Part shown: piece by piece, positions 34,513-45,200 of the stretch
Numbering within the stretch: the stretch's first letter is position 1
Layout: each line of letters opens with the position of its first letter
Source: a virus
Taxonomy: Duplodnaviria; Caudoviricetes
IMG/VR virus record: IMGVR_UViG_3300001679_000055
Location: 1-53,852 of that record
Direction: 5' to 3' (one strand)
Length of the DNA stretch: 53,852 bases
Made by a program: the position numbers and the translations under genes
Notes under the pieces: model-generated
Databases searched by the model: none
Told to the model about the DNA's origin: nothing
Seen by the model: the letters and a program-made list of their open reading frames with translations, nothing else

Positions 34513-34952
34513 TCGGTATGTAGATGGTGAAACGTCTTTGGGAGGGTTTACTCTTGAGGAATAGAGCCCACCTACATGCTGAGAATGTTAACACATTAGT
34601 TGAAGATGAATACGCCATCTCTAGCCCGAAGACTAAACTTCCTAGGGCCAGGTTCATAAGACGGTAAAGGTTGCTACCGTGCGTATAAGTAACCACTTAA
34701 GCCAAGGTTCCGAGTGGATTACTTTCATTTACACTCTCCCACCTTAATGAAGGTTCGTATGTTTCCTAAGATGCTGTAAAACATACCCCCCTTTCTTTTA
34801 ACTCTCAGGAGCATAAAGCAAAGTTGACGGCCTGGCTCACTCCGATATGGAGCCTCTAATTTAAGAACACATAAGTACGTCGGTCCTGTTGGCCAACTCC
34901 TTGTTAAGAGCTAGTTTGAGAGTACTAGTGTGTACAAACTCTCACCAAACTA
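34513..34952 (+). ncRNA. Candidate structured ncRNA or cluster of ncRNAs
   Basis: About 440 nt without a convincing ORF, densely packed with stems containing G-U pairs. Confidence 0.4.
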
Positions 34953-34957
34953 TAACT

Positions 34958-34976
34958 AAGGGTTCTCCGAACCCTT
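34958..34976 (+). promoter_or_regulatory. TCC-triloop hairpin, putative promoter for ssb
   Basis: AAGGGTTC-TCC-GAACCCTT, 8-bp stem. Confidence 0.55.
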
Positions 34977-35064
34977 TGTAAGAAATTAATTTAAAACGCT
35001 ATAGAGTATGTTGTCAACTTTATGGTTTTCTATTATCGACAACAATTACAAAAAGGAAAATATT

Positions 35065-35778
35065 ATGAATTTTGGAAACCTAAAAATTGATGATGATGTT
35101 AAATTAGATGAAGATACCGTTGGTGGTGGTTCATTTACGTGGGACTCTGGTGTATACGATTGTATCGTGGACATGGCATACTTAGACGAGTCTAAAGGTG
35201 GAGCTATGGGCTTACATGTAACTTTGTTAAATGGCACTAAGAAGATGAAAGAAACTTTATGGATCACTTCAGGTGAACTAAAAGGTCAGAAATCTACATA
35301 CATTGATGCTAAAGGCACTAAACGCCCATTGCCTGGATATACACAAGGTTTAAACCTTTGTATGTCTGCTATTGATTTAACTTTAGAAGACGCAGCTAAT
35401 GCATCTGAAGCTAAAACAATCAACATATACAACTTTGATGCTAAAAAAGAGATGCCTACTGCTAAAGAACATGTAATGACTAACCTAATTGGTAAAAAAG
35501 TTAAAGTTGGTATTATTAAGCGTATCGAGAATAAGCGCGGTAATGATGGTACTGGTAAATACGTTGACTTACCTGAAACTCGTGAAGTAAATGTAATCTC
35601 ACAATTCTTTTATGCTGACACTGGCTTATCCGTAATGGAAAAAGCTAAAGGTGATACTGAAGCTAAGTTTATTGAAACGTGGACAGCGGCTAATGCAGGT
35701 AAAACTCATGACCGTTCTAAAAAAGTTAAAGATTCTGTAGCTACTCCAGCAGCAGGCACTAAAAAACTATTCGGTTAA
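35065..35778 (+). CDS. ssb: N4-type single-stranded DNA-binding protein and late transcription activator (gp45-like)
   Basis: GGGSFTWDSGVY, AYLDESKGGA, ETLWITSG..KG.K..Y, LPGY, C-terminal KKLFG; AAGGA RBS before ATG 35065. Confidence 0.85.
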   Translation: MNFGNLKIDDDVKLDEDTVGGGSFTWDSGVYDCIVDMAYLDESKGGAMGLHVTLLNGTKKMKETLWITSGELKGQKSTYIDAKGTKRPLPGYTQGLNLCMSAIDLTLEDAANASEAKTINIYNFDAKKEMPTAKEHVMTNLIGKKVKVGIIKRIENKRGNDGTGKYVDLPETREVNVISQFFYADTGLSVMEKAKGDTEAKFIETWTAANAGKTHDRSKKVKDSVATPAAGTKKLFG

Positions 35779-35788
35779 GGGGTTAGGT

Positions 35789-36028
35789 ATGAAAATTAGT
35801 TTAAATAGACATGATCTTCATACTGCTATCCGCGAGTATCTAACTCACCGTAATATCGCTACAGATACTACAGAGTTAGATATTTCTATTAAAGCTGTTA
35901 AGGGTGGTCAACCCTCAGCTGATATTAGTGTCGTGGATAACGTATCAACTAATCATAACCCAATAGATACTACTGAAAGCACCCAGAAGACGGACTCACC
36001 ATTTGGTGATCGCCTGAAAGGTGTGTAG
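35789..36028 (+). CDS. Hypothetical protein of the type found after ssb in N4-like phages
   Basis: MKISLNRHDLHTAIREYL N-terminus; position after ssb. Confidence 0.65.
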   Translation: MKISLNRHDLHTAIREYLTHRNIATDTTELDISIKAVKGGQPSADISVVDNVSTNHNPIDTTESTQKTDSPFGDRLKGV

Positions 36029-36201
36029 TGAGTAACTGGTTAGAACACGTTAAGCTACTACTGTTCACAATTTTGTTATCTGGGGTAGTGATCGCTGGCA
36101 TTGTATTAGCAGCGATTGCCATCCCTATAGTGATAGGTATAGGTATTGTATTAGCTAGTTACGTAACTATACGAGTCTTAAATGAAGACTCAAAACACTA
36201 A
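36028..36201 (+). CDS. Small hydrophobic membrane protein (57 aa)
   Basis: Not in track. GTG start, MSNWLEHVKLLLFTILLSGVVIAGIVLAAIAIPIVIGIGIVLASYVTIRVLNEDSKH; ends 1 nt from the vRNAP stop. Confidence 0.6.
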   Translation: MSNWLEHVKLLLFTILLSGVVIAGIVLAAIAIPIVIGIGIVLASYVTIRVLNEDSKH

Positions 36202-36202
36202 C

Positions 36203-39200
36203 TTACCAACCCTCACCCATACTGATTTCCCATGCTGGTGGAATAATAACTTCTTTTAAGATTTTAGCTATTCCACCATCAGTAGGTAATAACTTACCTC
36301 CAAGTATTGAGGAATCTGTTATATCAGCAAAGTCTGCATCTAGAGCCACTTCAGTAGCTAAGTAAGCCATTAAGTTCAACGGCTCTTTTCTAGCTAAATT
36401 CGTAACCATTGATTGAATTCTTAAGAAGTATCTAACAAACATGATAATTCCTAGGTCATTCATATATTGAATATTACGATTCATAGGCTGATCATAGTTT
36501 ACGAATAATCTAGTGATTAGACTCCAAGCTTCTGTGTGTGATGCACCTTGCTGTTCAGTTTTATGCTTATACATAGCGTATCTAAATAGAAAATCAGATA
36601 TCTGTGTTGCATGCATGGCTGATTTACCCAACTTACTATCAGGTGACATGTACGCCATACTAATTACATTTGATATGGACTTAGGTACTGTTACGCCTGT
36701 TTTGTCTTTTATCCACTTTCCTGTCTTAGAACGGGTTTGCATGTCAAATCCATGTATATCCTCTGTAATACTTGAAAATAGGCCTGAACTCATAAACATG
36801 TGCATATCACTGGTATTAACGTCACTTGCTAGTTGCTTCATTTTTTTGATGATAGCTGGTTTAGTGGCCAACTCAGGTCTAGCTGCTACTCTGTGACGGA
36901 GTTCAGCTAGTTCCTCCATATTATCACGGTAAGCTTCTAAATCTTGCCAACCTCTGTTTATATGCTTAGTTAAGTATGTAGGCGGTATACCATGAACTAT
37001 ACTTGCAATAACATTACTCGTAATGTTCTCACGAATTACCATAGGAATTTTAACAACGATGGCTACAACAGCTGTTTTAACTAAGCCCTTGATAGCTTTC
37101 TCTACTATTCCCGTGATTCTGCGTACAGCATGTGTATCTCTAATCAGAGGTAAATTCATCAAGGTTCTATGCTTGTAGCCAAATATTGTGTCCAACAAGC
37201 CTTCTTGAACCCAAAACTCTTTTCCACCCTCTTTGTTATACGTAATATTTTTTTCAATATCATAACGCATTTGTTTGGGTAATGTATCAAAGTATTCCTC
37301 TTTATGATCACCATCAAAGATGTTTACCCATTTCTTAGCATTCTTAGTCGTACGATTTTTATCTGCATCAGCCATCATAAGCTGGACACTTCTAGCATTC
37401 ACTTTAAGTGTAGCTGCTTTGTCTGCTTTACGCATAAACATTGAAGATAGTATCTCAATACTATTCATATCTTGGTTTAAATGCTGTTTAACTAGAGCAT
37501 GTGACATGCTAACTCTATAATCTACAATTTCATTATTGGAGTTAGTGATTGGTATAAGTTGTTTCTTACCAGTGCGTTGACCTGTCTTAAGCTGCTTTGT
37601 TTCTTTTTTGTTTTCTTGTATGAAGAAGTCACTAAGCACTTTTTTGATCATACCTTCATACTTTGGATTTCTAGCAATAATAGATTTAAGTGAAGTACCC
37701 TTAGCTTTGCGCGCAGTAACTGAGTTAATACCTTTGGTTCGTGGAGTTTCTACAATATTAGTTCCCACAAATAAAGCCAACTCTACTTGATCAATGCCTT
37801 TGATACCTTTTAAAGTCTCAACCATCTTGTAACCTTTACGTTTAAGTATGGCTGCATTGTCAATCATCTTAGGGTTACCATTAGAATCAGTACGTGGGAA
37901 ACCATTGCCATCTAGCTCTGGTACGTATAAAGGTTCAACAATGATGTCTGTGTCTGTATCCGTAATCACTGTGATATATCCCTTATCCATCAAAGCTCTA
38001 TCTTTACCAAACAACTCTATAACTGCTTCTTGTTTAAATGATCTGTGTTGTGATAACATTTCGGTAAAGCCATTAAACTCTTTATCAACATCCATTTCAC
38101 GTTTAGCAAGATTTACTAATGATTCTTGCATTGATTTACTATTGTTAATAGTCTTCTGTATTGCTTGTAGCGATGCTAATATGTCAATAGCATGTTCATC
38201 TTTAGTATCACCTTTAGGATCTAAAGTAATACTGTAAGCATTCAAGTACTGATGTGCTGTTTCAGTTTCACCGAAAACCATGTAGTCAGATAACCCATCA
38301 ATTTCTAGTCGGTAGAAAGAATTATTTGCAGTTCCAAGAAGCTTCTCGTATATATTAATAGCTGAAGCTAGCTTTTTAGGGTCTTCGATTAATTTAACAA
38401 TATGCTCCATGCTGTACTTACCTTCATCAAGCAATGAAACAGCATCTGTTTTTAATAATAACAAAGTCATAGCCTCTAATTCTAGCTCTGTAGGCTCTGT
38501 GTCTGATATAAAGCTATTACGTAAGATCTTAGCTATAGACTCTTTAGTTTGGGCTCTGTTAGCATCAACAGCCTGCCTAGACTCTAATACCATATCCAAA
38601 AATTCTTGTGGTGTTATCCCTGCAACTTCACGGAGTACAGATCGCATAGTCTTAGCTATCTCACCTTTAAATACATAATGTGCATTAGTTATGTATCTAC
38701 GCATCTCTTTAGGTGTTAGGTGTAGTGCTGCTAGTGGTACGTTAACTAGCACACCTCTAATAATTTTAGAGAACAGGCTGTCTGAAGGTAGAATTTTATC
38801 TTTTAGCTCATCTCTACGTCTCTGTGCTACTTCATGTAACTTAGGTATGCCTTTATTAATCACTAAATTTTGGAAATCAATAATCTTTTGGTTAGCTGCA
38901 CTATGTTTAGCTGATACACCCTTTCTAAACAGGTATCTAGATAATGCATTACGGCGATCAGTATTAATAGCCACAATCTCTTCAGCTAAATTAGTTATCT
39001 GGTCATGAACAGTAGCGCTGTGCTTTCTATTCTCGAACATATTTTCTTGGAAAGAGGTCAGTATTCTATTTAGTAAATTAAAGAATCGTTGTAGTAAACC
39101 TGTGGACTCATCGCTAGTATGTCTTTTAGCTTCAGTACTCTTAAGCTTACGTATCATGCCTGGATTAGTTAAAGCATAGGCTAGAAATTCGTAAGGTGCG

Positions 39201-42200
39201 TGCTTCGTTTTACCTTTATCACCAAATAAATAATCATAAAGCTCTTTCGCTGCTTTTTCCTCCGCCTTTATATCAGCTGAGGCTTCCGGGTGCATAAAGT
39301 CTTCCCAAGTAACTTCTTTACTCATTTCACGATGTAATCTATCTAGATCACCTCTAATCTTCGTATCAGTATTAATTACCCGATATGAGATAGCGTGTAT
39401 AAGCTCATGGATATAAACCTCTTGAGGTGTCTGTTGTGTAAATGACTTTGGCTTAAATCTTCCAATGTTAACTTCAACATGTCCTGTTACAGGATTATAC
39501 TCACCACCTGATTTATCAGTCTTACGTGTAATCACCTCAACAGATGTGCTATCAAGAATTGAAGCACTAGGAATAATAAACTTTTGTAAGATACGTTCTA
39601 GGTGCTCACGTTGTTCTCTGGACGCTTCAGGGGACGAATAATTGTCCTTAAACACATCATTAAGATTGTCAAAGATATCTTGTGTAAGGTGGCTTATCGA
39701 GCTCCTACTAAAAGTCTGTTCTATCTCAGCTGAAGCGCTTTCGTTGCTTGAACCTAAACTACCATTGTTTGTCTTTACTTTCCCTAGGTCTGCCCAATTC
39801 ATTTGATTAACAACTAGTTCGTTTTTCGCAAACAAATCTTTAACTTCTTGTAGGTCTTTCAATGCACCTTGATGTGCATAATCTAATGCTTTAATTTGTT
39901 TGTTGATATTGAGTGAATACCTAATTTTAAGATTACCTGTGTTAACAGCCTGGTGGGACTTTTCACGGTACGCATCAGTAGCCCTCTTTATCCTATTTTC
40001 TTTAAGCGCTAGAGCTGCAACTGCTTTAAGCTCCTCCAACACAACACCTAAAACATTGTTCTCTAAATTGGTTTTAATGAAGTCATCATTATAAGTTTTA
40101 CTGCCCTTATCTAAATCAGATATTGAGAACTGTCCAGCATCATACAATGACAGGAATTCAAAGCGCATAGATACAGCAGCTATATGATGCGCATCTAAAT
40201 TCTGAATAACGTTAGCTTGTACTTTAGAACCGCCGCTTGCTGGGTCAGTATTAACAGAAGGGGCTGACATTGATAGACGGCTAGTTTTAGTTTGGTCAAG
40301 AGTCATAACGCCGTCAGCACTTGTAGTGTGCTCATACACATAATGCCCCAGCTTAACTGGTATACGTGATTCTGCATCCGGAGATTTCTTCTGCGAAATC
40401 ATAGCAATAAAAGAATCTGCTTCTGTATCAGATTGATGTACTGGGCCTTTATACCTTGGGTAGTAAGTGCCTAGTAAGCTACGTGCTATTTCACGTTTTT
40501 GTTCAGGGCTGATTTTATTAGTATCTGAAGCGTCACGAATAGCCTTAACTTTTTCCTCATAGGCATCGAGATAAAAGAAGTATATCCACTCAAAAGCATT
40601 ACCTAATTCTGTACGTCTACCCATCATGCTATTCTTATCTTCAGGATCACCTAGTAAAGATTTAAGACCAGCATCCATCATAGGACCGTAAACGAATTCA
40701 ATACCCTCTTGTACTTCACGTAATATTTTTTCGTTAGTACGGGTGTGCTCAGTACTCTTACCTGAAGGTTCAGTAACGTTTAACGTTGCATCTAGGTTTC
40801 CTTTTTCTAAAATTTCAACAAAACCCAGTTTGGCAGTTCCACCACGAAGTTCGCTTATAGCATTATCTAAACGTTGGGCATCTTTAGAGGCCTCTTCGGT
40901 ATTTCCATCATTAAAGTTTCTTTGTATCGCAGCCATCTTGTCCAGTAAACCATCCATTGCTGATGCTGATACTTTACGTAGAACAGACGCTAGGGCTGCA
41001 CCATAGTTAGTAGTCATTAGTGGGTCTTTTGCCAGATCTCTGGCAAAGTCAGTCAATGTACCATCTTTGAGAATCTCTCCATGAACTTCCTCTAATGCAT
41101 GTAATACATTTACTTTAAGTTCTGCATTTTTGGTCATCCTATCGTAGATTTTGCCTTTATATAGGCCTGCGTCTTTATTTTTCTTTTGTGCTTTTAGCAT
41201 CGCTTCCAGTTGGAAGTTTGCAATAGCACTAACATCCCTAGCATCATTCATAGATTTAGCTAGTTCTTGGTACACGTCTAAGTTTTCTGGGTCTGTAATC
41301 CATTCACCAAATTCTGTACCTAATTTAGCATCGTAAACACCTACACGCTGTAGACTGGCCATTAAATTATGTCCACCGAACTGTAATAATGCAATAGCAT
41401 AACCATTAGTAATGCCATCTATCTCAGCAGTCATATCAGTAGTGAATTGGGTAGACGCTCCAGGACGGTAATCAGCTAAGCCAGCTAAGCCTTCAATCAA
41501 ATGTACTTTATTAGCGAATACAGGCTTACCTTTATCATCCTTTAGGTTATGCACTGACATAACAGCTTCACGTATCTCAACATCTGTAGCGCTATTATTC
41601 TTAAATACCTCTACCGCAGCTTCAACAACAGGATTCTCGTATACTTCATTAAAGAATCTAATTGAGGTTACTGCGCTCTGTTTATCAATAGGTGCTCCAA
41701 ATGCAGCTGCTACTGCAACTTTAAATGCATTACGCAATCTTGGTGTATCTACAACAGTAGGGTTAGATAGTGCTGCTACTAAGTGTCTATGAATCTTACT
41801 ATTCATCGGATTAATACCTGCACTCTTAATCATCATACGGCCTTGCTTCTGTACGCCGTACTTGTAGTAGAATATGCCATCAGCATACTCATCCATAGCT
41901 TCAATTTCAGCTCTTAATGCTGAATTAGCTGCTTCAAAAGAGTCCCTTCGATCCCAGTGTTCACTATCTTTATTCACTACACCGGCTATATCTTCCTTCT
42001 GTTTTATAGATAGTGCTCGCCATAGACGTAATGGGCCTTTCATTCCTGTCTGTGGGGTATCTTGTAGTTTGCGTATCAATTTTTGATCTGCAGTTGATAC
42101 TGCTGATAAGCTTCCGGCTACCTTGGTTTGTACTTCTTTTAATGGCTCAGAATACACACCCGACTTACTAACCACCATTCCTGTAATTGCTTCTAAATGC

Positions 42201-45200
42201 TCTACCTCACCTCGTAAGAATTTTAAAGCTTCAGCATGTTCTTTAGGGTTGATACCTTTTGGTTTAGCATTGGATTGAATAGTATTTACATTTTTATCAC
42301 CAAGGAATACATTATTACCCTCTGTTCGTTTTTTGATGACAGGTTTACCATGTCTTAATATAACAAACGGTTGAGAGCTAGCTTGTTTAGATATACGTTT
42401 AGGTAGAATGCTTGAAGCATCTACTTGAGATAACAAAGTTATTGCTAAGATGCCTAAGGCATTAGATAAAGTATCTTGTAATTCTAGTGGCGATAGAGGG
42501 TAGTCTTTAAGTTCCTCACTACGTTTATTTACAGCTTTGACATTTAGAGCATTAAGCACGTTTGCACCTATGTCTGTGTGCATCATATAAATAGGTATAC
42601 CTATCATTTTAATGGTGGATCTTTCTTGGTTAGTCAATTTGTCTTTTTGATTTAATCCTAGTACGCGCTTAACCATTACGTCATCTAAATTTTTAATAGC
42701 AGAAGCATCTGTACTAATGAAAGCCAGTGCCTGTGTAGCTAAAGCAAACAATACCTCATCAGGTAAAGTCTCAACACCTCTAGGGTCAACAATATGTAAT
42801 ATGTTTAATATATTACTGGAGCTAACACCCTCTTCTTCATTAATTTTGTGCCTGATAGGTTTCTTGTTGCCTTTAGAATCTAAATTAGCTGTCTTATAGA
42901 TTTCCTTAAACTGTTTGAAAGTTTCAGTTAATGTTTCAATATACTCTGGGCTAGCAACAATAGGCTCCATATTATTAGATAATCTGGTTTCATTGACTTT
43001 AGCCACTGCATTTTCTGCTTGCGTTTTAATAGTGTCAGCTGTTACTTCACCTGTAGGAGTAAATACTCGTACCACTTCCCGTTTCTTATCTTTAACTTCA
43101 AGTAAGTTAGCAGCATTGCCTCCCTTGGTTTTAAATACAGGGACAAATTCTTGTATGTTATTAGACAAGATAGTGTCACCAGTTAAACCAACTACAAAAG
43201 TTTCAGAGGTTACTTCTGATTCTAACTCTTGTTGTACAACAGGGACAGGCTTAGCTTTAGTTACTGACTTAGTCTTAACAGCTTTGCGCATACGGGTAAC
43301 TTCACGCATAGCTACAGCATTAGCATGGTTTTCCCTTTTATGTCCTTGAGGGCGTTTTAAATTAGCTTCAGTGAAATGGGCCCTTTCGTGAGCTACAACA
43401 AACGTTTCCCATTCTTCATACGTCTTAAACGCATCTTCAGCATACGGGGTAACACCTTCCATCTTAGGATTAGTCCAAGCCTTTCTATCAAATGTAGCTT
43501 TAAGCTCAGCTTTATCTATAAGTATTTGGTTATTCTTTCTATCTGCTTGCGCACCAATACGTCGTTTACCATCAACAGATGAAGTAATGTTATCTACGTA
43601 CTTAATAGTCACAGCTGCTGCTAAATCTTTACTAATACCTTTGGCTGTAGAAGTTTCAGGATCAGTACCGAACATAATAGTATCTTCTTCCACACTTTTA
43701 GAAGTCTCATCCTTTACAGACTCCGTCTGCCCGGCTTCGTCTTCAACTTTACCTTTATTAGAGGTATTTGCTACTATCTTATCAACGTCATTTACATTAT
43801 CAGAGTTACTAGATTCTGTATTAGCTTTACCTATGTCACTTAAACTACCTATATTATCTTTTTGTTCCTTTAACAGGTTTGTAATACTGGCTTCATCAGC
43901 AGATGTGTAGTTATTAGGATCTAATTTAACTTGTTCTTTAGCTGCGACAACCTGTGTAATCACTTCTTGAGTGGCCATACCATAGGCTGCTTCATTCTGT
44001 ACGGACTCTACAAAAGGTTTACTGTAATCTGAAAGAAACTTTTTGTTTGTATCTGTTTGAGATATGGCGTAATGACTTTTAGATTTATTAAAGTCCTGAG
44101 CATCTGTCAATACAACATCTTTAGGAAGTGCTTCACCATCTCTCATAATAAGAGGTTCAGCAGTTAAATCAGTCTTGTTAACGTAAACAATAGCAACGCC
44201 ATCTTCTTTAGAAGTTTCTAGAGCTTTAGTTAGAACTTCAGCCTTAGTATTCATGTGTTTAACAAAATTATCTAAGCGATTAAGTACTCGCTTAGTTGCT
44301 GTACCTTCGTCTGCCTGATTAGCATACATGTCGAAACTTTGATTAATACCTGATTCAGCATCTATAATCTCATGACTAACTATTTCAGTAGTCTTATCAC
44401 GGTTACTATCTAAATCTAAACGCTTCTTTTGGGACTTTAATAAAGCCTGTTGTTCAGTAGTAAGCTCTTCAGATTTATTTGCAAGTTCATCAAGGGCTGT
44501 AACATCAATTTCATTGATATTTAGTGATTGAAGTACATAGTCATTAGGATTTAGTTTATCGGCAGAACCATCTTTTAAACGTGTCACCTGTTCAGCAGCT
44601 ATATCTTCTAACACATATTGTGATTCATCTAGGATATCTACGTAGTCTTGGATATCAGCGTCTGTTTTGCCTTCTCTTTTCATTCCAGCAACAACTGTCT
44701 TAAGGTTCTTGTGGTGCTTTAACAAGCTAATGGCAGTGTCAGCACCTATAGCCTTATTGTTATCCATTTCACTTAATATAGTTAACACAGAAGTGTATGG
44801 GTTGTAATCCGTGGATTTAACATCCATTCCAGTTACAGCTGAAAAGTTTAGCCTGTTAGTCTCTTTAGACTTCTGGACAGTGTCAGTTTTTGCTTTAAGA
44901 CCCACTTCGATGTTTTCGCCGATAGTGTCTAGAGCTTGCTGTAAATCTTCTTTGATTGTAGCAATATGTTCGTCACGTTGAGTAGTGAATAAACCCTCTT
45001 TATGTGGCTCTTTATCAATACGTTCTTGAAAGTCTTCAGTAGTGTACTTAATATTAATATTTGCATTATCCTGCTCAAAGGATCTAACACGTTCTTTGGC
45101 TGCATTTACTGTGTCTACTGATTTTGCATTCGCTGATGTAAAGTTGCCAGCAGTAGCAAGAGCTCTATCAAGCTCAATCTGCTGCTCATACATTTTGATA

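Noticed and set aside
34493-34696. 67-aa minus-strand ORF in the structured non-coding region
   Set aside because: Opposite to the operon direction, GTG start with no clear RBS, no recognisable motif.
34640-34725. Pistol-like ribozyme suggested by TAGGGCC and TTAAGCC
   Set aside because: The pseudoknot complement and flanking helices of the pistol consensus could not be built.
35008-35064. Upstream ATG for ssb
   Set aside because: The RBS and the expected N-terminus favour ATG 35065.
43717-43729. Fourth TCC-triloop hairpin CAGAC-TCC-GTCTG
   Set aside because: It lies inside the vRNAP coding sequence, antisense to it, with a 5-bp stem that could arise by chance.
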